Of a stretch of 63,950 bases of DNA, positions 1 through 8,550 are shown in pieces. The stretch lies in NCBI GenBank assembly GCA_027592135.1, contig JAQCIJ010000002.1:1-63950 (forward strand), given 5' to 3'. How positions within the stretch are numbered: position 1 is the first letter of the stretch; the number at the start of each line of letters is the position of its first letter. This stretch comes from a bacterium. Lineage in GTDB: Bacteria > Patescibacteriota > Gracilibacteria > Peribacterales > Peribacteraceae. The translations under genes were made by a program, and so were the position numbers. The notes beneath the pieces were generated by a model. That model did no database searches and was not told where the DNA came from. It was given only the letters and a program-made list of their open reading frames with translations.

Positions 1-70
1 GAGAGGGGGATCAAGGGGGTGAGGGTAAGAGCAGGTAGTAATGAACACTACAGGGTCAGTGAGCAGTTAC
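1..70. repeat. 70-bp repeat R, copy 1
   Basis: Bases 1-70 (gagagggggatcaagggggtgagggtaag...gagcagttac) recur base for base at 871-940. The flanks diverge immediately after both copies. Copy 1 may extend left of the window edge. Confidence 0.95.
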
Positions 71-140
71 GATCGGGTTTGTGTTCTGCATCCGTAAATT
101 GCGTTTGAATATCTTCTGCACTAAACGTATTAGGTTCACC

Positions 141-193
141 GTGGATATATAGTGGACCAGCCGACGCCAACAGCAAAAAGAGGATAGTGGATA
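141..193 (-). repeat. Small TATCCAC-flanked element, copy A (reverse orientation)
   Basis: The reverse complement reads tatccactatcc...ttggcgtcggctggtccactat...atatccac. The 22-mer ttggcgtcggctggtccactat (149-170, reverse complement) is identical to 56817-56838, and both copies carry TATCCAC heptamers on their flanks. Confidence 0.8.
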
Positions 194-336
194 AAGGATA
201 TTGGGTAGAGGTTTAGGAAATGATCATAGATCAATATTTCCCTTCCTGAGTACATGTAGCACCCCTTCGGATACATCAATAACGGTAGACGCATCATTCT
301 CGGCAAGTGGACCATCATCGAGTAGTAGATCGGGTT

Positions 337-384
337 TAACTACTCACTGACCCCGCAGCGCCCTCACCCTGTCCCTCTCCCTCC
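337..384. repeat. Degenerate inverted copy of repeat R
   Basis: taactactcactgaccc...ccctcaccc...tccctctcc matches the reverse complement of R (taactgctcactgaccc...ccctcaccc...ccccctctc), with an internal deletion of about 20 bp. It is preceded by gatcgggttt (328-337), the same 10-mer that follows R copy 1 at 71-80. Confidence 0.75.
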
Positions 385-391
385 ATCCCGC

Positions 392-853
392 CTACCTACC
401 GGGAGAGGGAAAGATGCTCTTCTCTGTCTTATACGTGTGGACATACAGGGTGTTCGCGACTTCGGCTATGGAAGTACATACGTTTGATAGGTTGTTCATC
501 ACGTCTTTATTGCTAAAACGCAGTATTCTATATCCGCGTCGTTGGAGTTCTGATGCACGATCTTCATCGTACTCCTGTTGTGCATTATGGATATCTCCGT
601 CCAGCTCTATGATGAGTTTTGCTGAAACACACAGAAAATCCACGATGTATGGCCCGATGGGAACCTGACGCCTGAACTTTATCCCCTGACATTTTCTATT
701 ACGTAAACATCTCCAGAGAGCATCTTCTGCTTCTGTCATACCCTTACGCAAAGAACGTGCGTAAGATTTCTTTCTCTTGTGCATCTGCCATACGCGTTTA
801 TCTTCAGAGAACATAGGTTCATCATACTGCCTCGTTTCCCCCTCTCCCTGCAA
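392..853 (-). CDS. DUF559 (Vsr-like / restriction-endonuclease-fold) domain protein
   Basis: The translation has the family pattern LRKGMTEAEDALWRCLRNRK..GIKFRRQVPIGPYIVDFLC...IIELDGDIH....YDEDRASELQRRGYRILRFSN. The annotated start is a TTG, so the true start may be an internal ATG. Confidence 0.85.
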   Translation of the reverse strand: MQGEGETRQYDEPMFSEDKRVWQMHKRKKSYARSLRKGMTEAEDALWRCLRNRKCQGIKFRRQVPIGPYIVDFLCVSAKLIIELDGDIHNAQQEYDEDRASELQRRGYRILRFSNKDVMNNLSNVCTSIAEVANTLYVHTYKTEKSIFPSPGR

Positions 854-870
854 GGAGATTGGGCTGGCGG

Positions 871-940
871 GAGAGGGGGATCAAGGGGGTGAGGGTAAGA
901 GCAGGTAGTAATGAACACTACAGGGTCAGTGAGCAGTTAC
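871..940. repeat. 70-bp repeat R, copy 2
   Basis: Identical to bases 1-70. Confidence 0.95.
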
Positions 941-989
941 TTATAAGCATTACTTTTTATTTATTACCCATCACCAGTACACTAGTCTC

Positions 990-1790
990 ATGCGTTACCG
1001 ACTACTTCTCATAGGCTGGCTCCTTACAGACCTTGCTGTCTTTATAGGTTCCTATGCCGCAGCGTACTTCTTACGCGTAGGGTGGATCCTTTCTACAGAC
1101 TTTCCATTCGAGCCATACATCACTGTGGTAGCTATCACATCCCCTCTTTGGTTGATTGTACTCATCACCACACGAACATTTGCACTGACGAGATCTCAGA
1201 GTAGTTTCCGAAACCTCGCATACATCATCTATTCCTCTCTCGTCGGAACTGCGCTCTTCGCCCTGGGATACTACTTTCTCTTCGGGCTCTTCTTTAGTCG
1301 CATGCTTCTTTTGTATGCACTTGTCATCTCGACAATTGCAATCTGGATATGGCACCTGCTGTACTCGAAGTTTCAACGTATGCGTCTTCGGGCAGACCCT
1401 CCAGTGTTTCCAACGGTGATCGTTGGAGTCACCAGAGAGTCTCGAGAACTCATCAAGAAATTGAATAAAGGATCCAACCCCCTCAAACCTGTAGCAGTAC
1501 TCGATGGTAGAGGATGCAAAGATACCGAGATCGACGGTGTGCCAGTACGAGGCAAGCTGAACAAGCTCGAAGATGTCTTAAGCGAAGGAGTTACACACCT
1601 TATCCAGTGTAGTGACCTAGAACAGTCATTAAATCTTCTCAGTGCCTGCAGACAGAACAAGATCACCTACATGCTGCTTCCTTCCGTACTTGGAATCGTA
1701 GAACGCGATGAGAAAGTAGAGTCACTCGAAGGACAACCAGTTACCATGGTAGGACCAAAAGAAAACCCATTGATGTGGTTCTTTAAATAA
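990..1790 (+). CDS. WbaP-like polyprenyl-phosphate glycosylphosphotransferase, N-terminal membrane plus CoA-binding-like region only (catalytic domain absent)
   Basis: There are four to five N-terminal hydrophobic helices, followed by VIVGVTRESRELIKKL...PVAVLDGRG...IDGVPVRGKL, as in the WbaP/EpsB N-terminal half. The ORF stops where the bacterial sugar-transferase domain would normally begin, and the next gene starts 2 bp later. Confidence 0.55.
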   Translation: MRYRLLLIGWLLTDLAVFIGSYAAAYFLRVGWILSTDFPFEPYITVVAITSPLWLIVLITTRTFALTRSQSSFRNLAYIIYSSLVGTALFALGYYFLFGLFFSRMLLLYALVISTIAIWIWHLLYSKFQRMRLRADPPVFPTVIVGVTRESRELIKKLNKGSNPLKPVAVLDGRGCKDTEIDGVPVRGKLNKLEDVLSEGVTHLIQCSDLEQSLNLLSACRQNKITYMLLPSVLGIVERDEKVESLEGQPVTMVGPKENPLMWFFK

Positions 1791-1791
1791 T

Positions 1792-2739
1792 ATGCACGCT
1801 TTTATTCTCGCCGGCGGCTTTGCAACGAGACTTTGGCCTCTCACCGAAAAGCGAGCGAAACCCTTGCTTCCACTTGCTGGTATTCCACTGATTGAATACC
1901 TTGTTCGCGATATCCCCGAAGATGTTCCAGTAACCATTAGTACGAACGCGACGTTTAAAGAAGCATTCGAAGACTGGGCAGAAGGCTTTGGAAGATCCAA
2001 TGTAGAAATACTTATAGAAGATGTAAAGAGTGATGACCAAAAGCTGGGAGCACTAGGAGCTACTGCACAGTGGATTACCGATGCGCAGATAGATGATGAT
2101 GTGTTACTGCTTACAGGTGATAACTACTGTGGGTTCTCTTTTGATGCCTTCCTAAAAGCAGCAACACCGGATACCACACTGATTGCCGTACACGACATTG
2201 GGGATCTGGAGAAAGCAAAAGCATTCGGAACAGTAATAGTAGAAAACGCGCAACGCGTCTCCGCTTTTGAAGAAAAACCAAAATCTCCCAAAACAACTCT
2301 CGTAAACACCGGTTGTTCGTTGCTACCAAAATCTACACTTCCCTTCCTTGTTGAATACGCAAAAGAGCATCCTGATAATGTTGGCGGAATATTTGAAGAA
2401 CTTCTCCATAAAGGTAAACAGATCGAATGTTTTCGTTTCACAGAACCCTGGTTTGATATCGGTTCGTTTGATGCCTATATCGAAGCAACCAAAGAGCTTG
2501 TCGGCGGTGCGGTAATTACCGAAGAAGGAGCACGTTTTGAAAGGTCTAAGCACAATGGATCAGTCGTCATAGGGAGCCAATCACAGGTTATAGATTCAGA
2601 TCTTACAGATGTTGTCATCTTTGAAAATTGTGTCATAGAAGACTGTGTACTCAGTAATTGCGTCCTTGATAAAGGTTGCAAGCTGAAAGGGATCGATTTA
2701 ACAGGAAAAATGCTACGCGAAGGAACAATTCTCACCTAA
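1792..2739 (+). CDS. Sugar-1-phosphate nucleotidyltransferase (NTP_transferase plus C-terminal left-handed beta-helix)
   Basis: N-terminal signature MHAFILAGGFATRLWPLTEKRAKPLLPLAG, and C-terminal hexapeptide-like repeats (VIDSDLTDVVIFENCVIEDCVLSNCVL). Confidence 0.8.
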   Translation: MHAFILAGGFATRLWPLTEKRAKPLLPLAGIPLIEYLVRDIPEDVPVTISTNATFKEAFEDWAEGFGRSNVEILIEDVKSDDQKLGALGATAQWITDAQIDDDVLLLTGDNYCGFSFDAFLKAATPDTTLIAVHDIGDLEKAKAFGTVIVENAQRVSAFEEKPKSPKTTLVNTGCSLLPKSTLPFLVEYAKEHPDNVGGIFEELLHKGKQIECFRFTEPWFDIGSFDAYIEATKELVGGAVITEEGARFERSKHNGSVVIGSQSQVIDSDLTDVVIFENCVIEDCVLSNCVLDKGCKLKGIDLTGKMLREGTILT

Positions 2740-2750
2740 ACTGGCAGCCT

Positions 2751-3434
2751 ATGAAAAAATTATTCGCTCCAGCACTGTTTGCGCTACTCATCACTGCATG
2801 TGGAGGGGTTACTCCCACAACACTAAGTTATAACGTAACATTTACGACAGACAATACCGATCGCATGAATGATTTGTCTTTGGCTGCACGTCACGTCATT
2901 GAACGAAGACTTGGTCGCCTAGAAGGAAACCTCCTCGATTACGATGTGGCATATGACAAAGAGACAAAAGTAGCGACAATCGATATTGAAATCGATGATA
3001 ATAAAGTAGCATCAGTATTAAATGAAGAGATAATTACACCATTTACTTTCGAAGTACGATACCTCGTAAAAGAACCTACAGATGGTGATATCGAAGTAGA
3101 AGGAGTAGGACACTTTCGCACATCAGAGATAGGTAAAAGCGATGTGGATTGGGTTATCGGTGAAACAACCGAACCACCTCTCAATCGCGGAAGAGTCACT
3201 ATTGGGTTTGCAGATGAATCTATTGAAAATATGCAGGCACTGTTTGCAGCGCAAGCAGGAAACACTATCGGACTGTTTGTACGAAACCGACTAACAGCTG
3301 CAGTACAAATAACGGATGAGTTTGAAAAGATTCTCGTAATAGAAGGACTCCCATCAGGAGAAATTGCTAAAATCTTTGCCGACGACATGAACGTTGGTAT
3401 TCATATGACATTTACTAATCAAAAAACACCATGA
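2751..3434 (+). CDS. Lipoprotein resembling the SecD periplasmic (P1) domain
   Basis: Start chosen at MKKLFAPALFALLITACGG (lipobox). ARHVIERRLGRLEG parallels SecD IRTVLERRINALGV, and NTIGLFVRNRLTAAVQITDEF..VIEGL parallels SecD KRLAIFVGGQLVSAPTVQAEISGGTAVITG. The stop overlaps the secD start (ATGA). Confidence 0.5.
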   Translation: MKKLFAPALFALLITACGGVTPTTLSYNVTFTTDNTDRMNDLSLAARHVIERRLGRLEGNLLDYDVAYDKETKVATIDIEIDDNKVASVLNEEIITPFTFEVRYLVKEPTDGDIEVEGVGHFRTSEIGKSDVDWVIGETTEPPLNRGRVTIGFADESIENMQALFAAQAGNTIGLFVRNRLTAAVQITDEFEKILVIEGLPSGEIAKIFADDMNVGIHMTFTNQKTP

Positions 3435-5842
3435 CACGCAATAAAAAACTAACCTGGCCCACATTCACAATACTCATCGCTATCTGCATGGCTGTTATTG
3501 CATTGCCACAAAGTGCTAAGCAATGGGCACCAGGATTCCTGAAAAACCCCGAGCTACACTTTGGACTTGATCTTGCAGGAGGTACCCAACTGGACTTCCG
3601 TATTTCAGAAAAGGAAATCCTCGAACAGATCACTACATTAAAAAGGGAAATTGCACAGCTCGAAGCGCGTGGTTCTAGTAACGACAAGATCATTGCATTG
3701 CAAAATCAGCTCGCTAGTGTAGAGCAGCAAAACCTTAATGTTGTTGAAGCTATTCGTACTGTTCTCGAAAGACGTATCAACGCATTGGGTGTAAGTGAGG
3801 CCGTTATCACTCCTTCCTACTTCGGAAACGAAAAGCACCTGCTTGTAGAATGTCCTGGAGTTGTCGACACACAAGAGTGTATTAACACTGTCGGGAAAAC
3901 TATTCAGCTTGAATTTAAAGAGGAATTTACCGAGCCAACAGAAGAATATGAAGCTGAAGTACGTACACGCGTAAAAGAAATGCGTGACCAGCTAAAAGAC
4001 CCAGAAATCACCTTAGAGAAACTTGGTGAAGACCTTGGTTCTGATATTGGAGTCTCCTATAACTACGAACGTCGAATGTTCCGTGATCAACTTCCCGATG
4101 GACTTGCAGATGTTTGGTCTAAGGGACCGCGTAGTGGTGTCCTTCAGTACGATGCATCTATAGAAGTACGCTCTCAAGATAGTGCAGGACAGCCTACTAC
4201 AACAGAGGTTCCTGGTGTGTTCCTTGTTGAGGTCCTCCGCGCACGTACGCAAACTGGTCGCCTCGTTAACGAAGCATCAAAAGCATTCGGTATTCTCGAA
4301 GAGACCGATAGAAACATCTCCCACATCACCTGGGATGACCGCTTACTCGAAGACAAGATTCCACAGGTTGTACGGAATGCACTCAGTAGCATGCAGCCAG
4401 GGGAACTACGGGCTGTAAACTTTGAAGATGAGACTTCTGGAATTCTCTTCCTTCGCAAGTACCTTCCAGGTCAGACAGACATGGAAGCGAGTCACATCCT
4501 TATCTCCTATAAAGGAGCATCTTCCGCAGGTGACGACGTAAAACGTTCAAAAGAAGAAGCTCTCGTACTTGCACAGGAACTAAAGACAAAGCTTGATGGA
4601 GGCAATAGATTTGAAACCCTCGCAAAACAATACAGTGATGGTCCTTCTGGCAAAGACGGTGGAAGCCTAGGATCTTTTGGACTTGGAACAATGGTTCCTG
4701 TGTTCGAGCAGGTAGCATCAAGCCAAACAAAGGGTACTATTTCTGAGCCTACAGAGACACAGTTCGGGTACCACATTATCCGCACCGACAGAGTACCTAC
4801 GCTCAACAAAGACACAGCCAGCTACGAACTACTCTCAGTAACAGGAGAAGGTGCAGCAGATAAAACTACAGAACTGATTGGTAAACTTCAGCGTGGAGAG
4901 ATCGAGTCTCTTGAGGACATGGTGTTCTTACGCACGGTCTTCTTCTCTCTTCTTCCTACAGGCTGGAAAGATACATTCCTTGATGGAAAGCACTTCCGTT
5001 CTGCAACAGTTACGTTGGATCCAACAACAAACATTCCGATTGTGCAAATCGCCTTTGATGACGAAGGCGCAAAGCTCTTCCAAGAACTCACAAAAGAAAA
5101 TATCGGTAAGCGACTTGCGATCTTCGTTGGTGGACAACTCGTTTCTGCTCCTACTGTACAAGCAGAAATCTCTGGAGGAACTGCAGTGATTACTGGTAGC
5201 CAGAACTTTGATGAGGCAAATACACTCGCACAAGATCTCAACACTGGTGCTATCCCTGCTCCTATTTACCTCGCAGGACAGCGCACAGTAGAAGCAACAC
5301 TAGGGGCTGAGGCTCTCCGTACATCTATGAAAGCAGCTCTTATTGGAATGCTTATACTAATGGTGTATATGATTGTCATGTACCGTCTCTTAGGACTGAT
5401 TGCAGACCTTGCACTCAGTGTATACGCAATCCTCTTCTTTGCGATCTTAAAGATGCCACTCTTCCTCTTTAGTAGCAGCTACATTGTTCTTACCCTTGCA
5501 GGTATGGCCGGTATCATCCTGAGTATTGGTATGGCGGTAGATGCAAACGTACTGATCTTCGAGCGTATGAAAGAAGAACTCCGCAAAGGAAAGATGCTTA
5601 AGACTGCTACGGAAACAGGATTCACTCGTGCGTGGCCTAGTATCCGCGATGGAAACATCTCGACACTTATCACCTGTACGATTCTCTTTGTTATTGGAAC
5701 ATCCATCGTACGAGGATTCGCCATTACATTGGGCATGGGAGTCTTGATTTCTATGTTCTCCGCTATCGTTATCACCAGATGGTTAGTGCGAAAGGTTAGC
5801 AGAATGCCACTCTCAGAGAAGACGAAGTGGTTCTGTGGTTAG
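3431..5842 (+). CDS. secD: Protein translocase subunit SecD with an inserted PrsA/PpiD-like chaperone plus parvulin PPIase module
   Basis: There is an N-terminal TM helix, then GLDLAGGTQL and ERRINALGVSE. The C-terminal TM bundle carries GMAVDANVLIFERMKEE. Around 4481-4800 the ORF encodes EASHILISYKG...LAKQYSDGPSGKDGGSLGSFGLGTMVPVFE...FGYHIIRTD, a PpiC-type rotamase signature. Confidence 0.85.
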   Translation: MTRNKKLTWPTFTILIAICMAVIALPQSAKQWAPGFLKNPELHFGLDLAGGTQLDFRISEKEILEQITTLKREIAQLEARGSSNDKIIALQNQLASVEQQNLNVVEAIRTVLERRINALGVSEAVITPSYFGNEKHLLVECPGVVDTQECINTVGKTIQLEFKEEFTEPTEEYEAEVRTRVKEMRDQLKDPEITLEKLGEDLGSDIGVSYNYERRMFRDQLPDGLADVWSKGPRSGVLQYDASIEVRSQDSAGQPTTTEVPGVFLVEVLRARTQTGRLVNEASKAFGILEETDRNISHITWDDRLLEDKIPQVVRNALSSMQPGELRAVNFEDETSGILFLRKYLPGQTDMEASHILISYKGASSAGDDVKRSKEEALVLAQELKTKLDGGNRFETLAKQYSDGPSGKDGGSLGSFGLGTMVPVFEQVASSQTKGTISEPTETQFGYHIIRTDRVPTLNKDTASYELLSVTGEGAADKTTELIGKLQRGEIESLEDMVFLRTVFFSLLPTGWKDTFLDGKHFRSATVTLDPTTNIPIVQIAFDDEGAKLFQELTKENIGKRLAIFVGGQLVSAPTVQAEISGGTAVITGSQNFDEANTLAQDLNTGAIPAPIYLAGQRTVEATLGAEALRTSMKAALIGMLILMVYMIVMYRLLGLIADLALSVYAILFFAILKMPLFLFSSSYIVLTLAGMAGIILSIGMAVDANVLIFERMKEELRKGKMLKTATETGFTRAWPSIRDGNISTLITCTILFVIGTSIVRGFAITLGMGVLISMFSAIVITRWLVRKVSRMPLSEKTKWFCG

Positions 5843-5845
5843 ACT

Positions 5846-6187
5846 ATGGATACCATCCTCATTCAAGACCTCGAAGTCTCGACCCATATTGGTGTTCCCG
5901 ATGCCGAACGTGCAACTGCACAAATGTTAAAAGTATCTATATGGATGAAAACTGATACAAAAAAGGCAGCAGTTTCTGATGATGTCGCTGATACGATTGA
6001 TTACGCAGAAGTAGCGATGCACATACAGGAGCTTGGCAAGACCGAACGCAAAACTGTCGAACGATTTGCCGAAGACATTGCGCAAATGATCCTTAATGAC
6101 TTTAAGCCAGAGAGTGTATCGGTATCTATCGATAAATTTATATTGCCAGATGCGCAGCGTATTGCCATTACCATTAACCGACCATAG
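5846..6187 (+). CDS. folB: Dihydroneopterin aldolase
   Basis: 113 aa. The pattern ILIQDLEVSTHIGVPDAERA....DTIDYAEV is typical of FolB, and the gene sits in a folate context. Confidence 0.8.
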   Translation: MDTILIQDLEVSTHIGVPDAERATAQMLKVSIWMKTDTKKAAVSDDVADTIDYAEVAMHIQELGKTERKTVERFAEDIAQMILNDFKPESVSVSIDKFILPDAQRIAITINRP

Positions 6188-6651
6188 CCATTTGTTACAT
6201 TGGTATCGGCAGCAATATCAACGCTATAAAAAACATGCAGACGTGTGCGAGAGCTCTTCGTGATGATTTCCCCACTATCACCTTCTCCTCTGTGTATAAA
6301 ACTGCTGCACGTGACGAAATACATCAAGATGATTTTTTAAATGCGGTAGCAAAGATCGATACTAATGAATCACCAGAAGAAGTATATAAGAGACTCAAGT
6401 CTATCGAAGAAGATGGTAAGAAAGATCCTCCATACAAAAAAGGTCCTCGAACCATTGATCTCGATATCTTGCTCTATGAAGGAAATAACTATCCACTATC
6501 CACTATCCACTATCCACTCATTATTCCCCATCCAAGAATGCAAGAACGTAGGTTTGTTCTAGAACCGCTCTGCGAACTTGATGATAGCTGGAATGAGCAT
6601 CTGCAAAAAACTCTGGATCAGGCCTGTGACAAGGTAGATTTAGCTCTATAA
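6184..6651 (+). CDS. folK: 2-amino-4-hydroxy-6-hydroxymethyldihydropteridine diphosphokinase (HPPK), probable non-ATG start
   Basis: GPRTIDLDILLY...IPHPRMQERRFVLEPLCEL. The conserved N-terminus AICYIGIGSNIN lies upstream of the first ATG (6235) in the same frame, which is open from 6178. Candidate starts are ATA 6184 and ATT 6190. Confidence 0.8.
   Translation: MAICYIGIGSNINAIKNMQTCARALRDDFPTITFSSVYKTAARDEIHQDDFLNAVAKIDTNESPEEVYKRLKSIEEDGKKDPPYKKGPRTIDLDILLYEGNNYPLSTIHYPLIIPHPRMQERRFVLEPLCELDDSWNEHLQKTLDQACDKVDLAL
6489..6518. repeat. (CTATCCA)x4 heptamer array inside folK
   Basis: ctatcca occurs four times in tandem and encodes YPLSTIHYPL immediately before the conserved IPHPR motif. Confidence 0.9.
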
Positions 6652-6660
6652 TCTCCGCCC

Positions 6661-7200
6661 ATGGAAGATCTCATTGCTCAAATGCTCAAGGCTATCGGCG
6701 AAGACCCAAGCCGTGAAGGCCTGGTAAAGACCCCGAGACGCTTCGCAGAAGCTATGAAGGACCTGACAGTCGGCTACACCCAAGATCTCGATACCGTGAT
6801 CAACGGAGCGCTGTTTGAGGCAGAAACTGACGGTATGGTAATCGTAAAAGACATCGAGTGTTACAGCCTCTGTGAGCATCACCTTCTGCCTTTTACCGGC
6901 AAAGTACACGTCGCGTATGTACCGGATAAGCATATCTTAGGTCTTTCTAAAGTCGCCCGCGTTGTGGATATGTTTGCCCGCAGACTGCAAACACAAGAGC
7001 GTCTTACACAACAGATCTGTGATGCCCTAGAAGAGACACTCAAACCAAAAGGTATTGGAGTAATACTAGAAGCGCAGCATTTCTGCATGATGATGCGTGG
7101 AGTACAAAAACAACATAGCAGCTGTATTACTTCTGCAGTGAAGGGATTGATCAAGAAGGACCCCAAGACCCGTGAAGAGTTTTTACGCTTGGTAGGCTAA
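6661..7200 (+). CDS. folE: GTP cyclohydrolase I
   Basis: [15 protein letters not shown], and [18 protein letters not shown]. Confidence 0.9.
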   Translation: MEDLIAQMLKAIGEDPSREGLVKTPRRFAEAMKDLTVGYTQDLDTVINGALFEAETDGMVIVKDIECYSLCEHHLLPFTGKVHVAYVPDKHILGLSKVARVVDMFARRLQTQERLTQQICDALEETLKPKGIGVILEAQHFCMMMRGVQKQHSSCITSAVKGLIKKDPKTREEFLRLVG

Positions 7201-7877
7201 GCGGCCATGGCAATGGTTCCACCGTTTTTCCTCTGTTCAAGTTCTACAAACTTTCCAGCACGTACAAGGTTTCTGTCTTCGTTATCCATCGGAAGTGATG
7301 CTGTGATCTTCTGATACTCTGCAGAGAGAAACTTTGTTTCATTCTGAACACTTATAGCAGCAGCCTCTCGAACTTCACGCGCATCGAACTGTTGTCCATT
7401 TATTGCAATTCCTTCCTGATCTGCAGATGCTGATTGTTTGGTATGTTCTTCTTCATGTACTGCGATGTCACTGGCAATACCAGTATCAATTAATCGGCCT
7501 CCATCTCTTGCTCGAATAGAGTCATGATCTATCCAAACATTATCTGTTCCAAGTTGTGCTTGTCCCGCTACGCCACCTGGCAACTCTTTCATCGTCACAT
7601 TCGCATCCATTGATGAACGAATATCTTTAGCAGCAGTATCCAGATGATCTGCTGTCTTCTTAATTTCGCTTTGTGCATCATCTACACTCTTGCCTTCCAA
7701 TGCAATGTTCAGCTCGTTACGTACTTCATCAGAGGTCTGCGAAGCTTTCTCTGCAGAAGCTGCATCCCGCACTTCTCTTGCGCGTTTTTCAAGCGCTGAT
7801 GCTAAAGCTACAGAGCTTTGCTCACTGCCTTTTACAGTATCTTCGTAGAGAGCCGATGCTGTATCGAGTGATGTCAT
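7197..7877 (-). CDS. Hypothetical protein with an HExxH motif
   Basis: 226 aa with no recognised family. It contains [10 protein letters not shown] (H-E-x-x-H) after a long helical, acidic N-terminal region. Confidence 0.5.
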   Translation of the reverse strand: MTSLDTASALYEDTVKGSEQSSVALASALEKRAREVRDAASAEKASQTSDEVRNELNIALEGKSVDDAQSEIKKTADHLDTAAKDIRSSMDANVTMKELPGGVAGQAQLGTDNVWIDHDSIRARDGGRLIDTGIASDIAVHEEEHTKQSASADQEGIAINGQQFDAREVREAAAISVQNETKFLSAEYQKITASLPMDNEDRNLVRAGKFVELEQRKNGGTIAMAA

Positions 7878-7986
7878 TGCCCACAGTTAAAAGGTATATC
7901 TACCTTACCGCACCCTTGCAAGAAGGTGAAGTATTCAAATACTTACTTTTTGGCTTATTTAAGCCAAAATATCGATGCTACTGATC

Positions 7987-8508
7987 TTAGAAATGTAGTC
8001 GATTTTTGCGCTTATACGTTAGATAGGTGAACGAAAACTTATGCGCAGTGTCTGCTAGGTGATCCTCTCGTTCTACTTCTTCCCATACATTTGTATCTAC
8101 TGCTGGAAAGAAAATATCCCCCGCTATCCAAGCATGAATACGCGTGAGATAAATGTAATTACACAAGTCTAATGCCTGCCTATATATCTCTCCTCCACCA
8201 ATAATAAAAATTTCCTCTTTGTCGTTATCCTTATGCCCATACATGATTGCCTCTTGGAGAGAAGAGGATACTAGACAACCCACAGCTTCGTACGCACTGT
8301 CTCGTGTCACAATAATATTACTACGATTAGGAAGTGGGTTTCCGAGAGCTGCCACAATCGATTCGAAGTTCTTGCGACCCATAATAACCGGATGTCCTTC
8401 GGTCCTTTTTCTGAAATATTTTAAATCATCCGGCAAATGCCACGGGATACTATTATCACGACCAATAACATTATTTTCGGAAGCAGCAACAATAATTGAG
8501 ATACGCAT
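7987..8508 (-). CDS. folA: Dihydrofolate reductase
   Basis: MRISIIVAASENNVIGRDNSIPWHLPDDLKYFRKRTEGHPVIMGRKNFESI. Confidence 0.9.
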   Translation of the reverse strand: MRISIIVAASENNVIGRDNSIPWHLPDDLKYFRKRTEGHPVIMGRKNFESIVAALGNPLPNRSNIIVTRDSAYEAVGCLVSSSLQEAIMYGHKDNDKEEIFIIGGGEIYRQALDLCNYIYLTRIHAWIAGDIFFPAVDTNVWEEVEREDHLADTAHKFSFTYLTYKRKNRLHF

Positions 8509-8518
8509 ATATGTATAT

Positions 8519-8550
8519 GCTACAAGCTAGTAGCTACTAGCTACAAGCTA
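8519..8550. repeat. (GCTACAA)-type heptamer array, about 4.5 copies
   Basis: Reads gctacaa gctagta gctacta gctacaa gcta. It fills the folA-thyA spacer and overlaps the thyA stop codon. Confidence 0.85.

Larger units (their letters stand above)
337..940 (-). mobile_element. Putative selfish DUF559 cassette bounded by inverted copies of repeat R
   Basis: The ORF is flanked by R (871-940) and its inverted degenerate copy (337-384). Both ORF ends lie in the loops of CCCTCTCC(C)/(G)GGAGAGG hairpins (373-381 pairs with 401-409; 841-848 pairs with 869-876). I did not recognise a transposase. Confidence 0.4.

Noticed and set aside
136-318. 60-aa minus-strand ORF between the R repeats
   Set aside because: It is composed largely of the TATCCAC/22-mer element (translating to IHYPLFAVGVGWSTIY). 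It has no motif and no plausible start context, so it is most likely a non-coding repeat region.
5846-6651. A true FolB-FolK fusion protein
   Set aside because: The two reading frames differ and a TAG terminates folB. Without read-level evidence, the simpler reading is two genes with a rare start codon. I kept it as a low-level finding rather than a call.
7951-7968. Hairpin ttggctt-attt-aagccaa as a terminator downstream of folA
   Set aside because: The stem is 7 bp and AT-rich, with no U-run in the transcribed (minus) sense, so there is not enough support.
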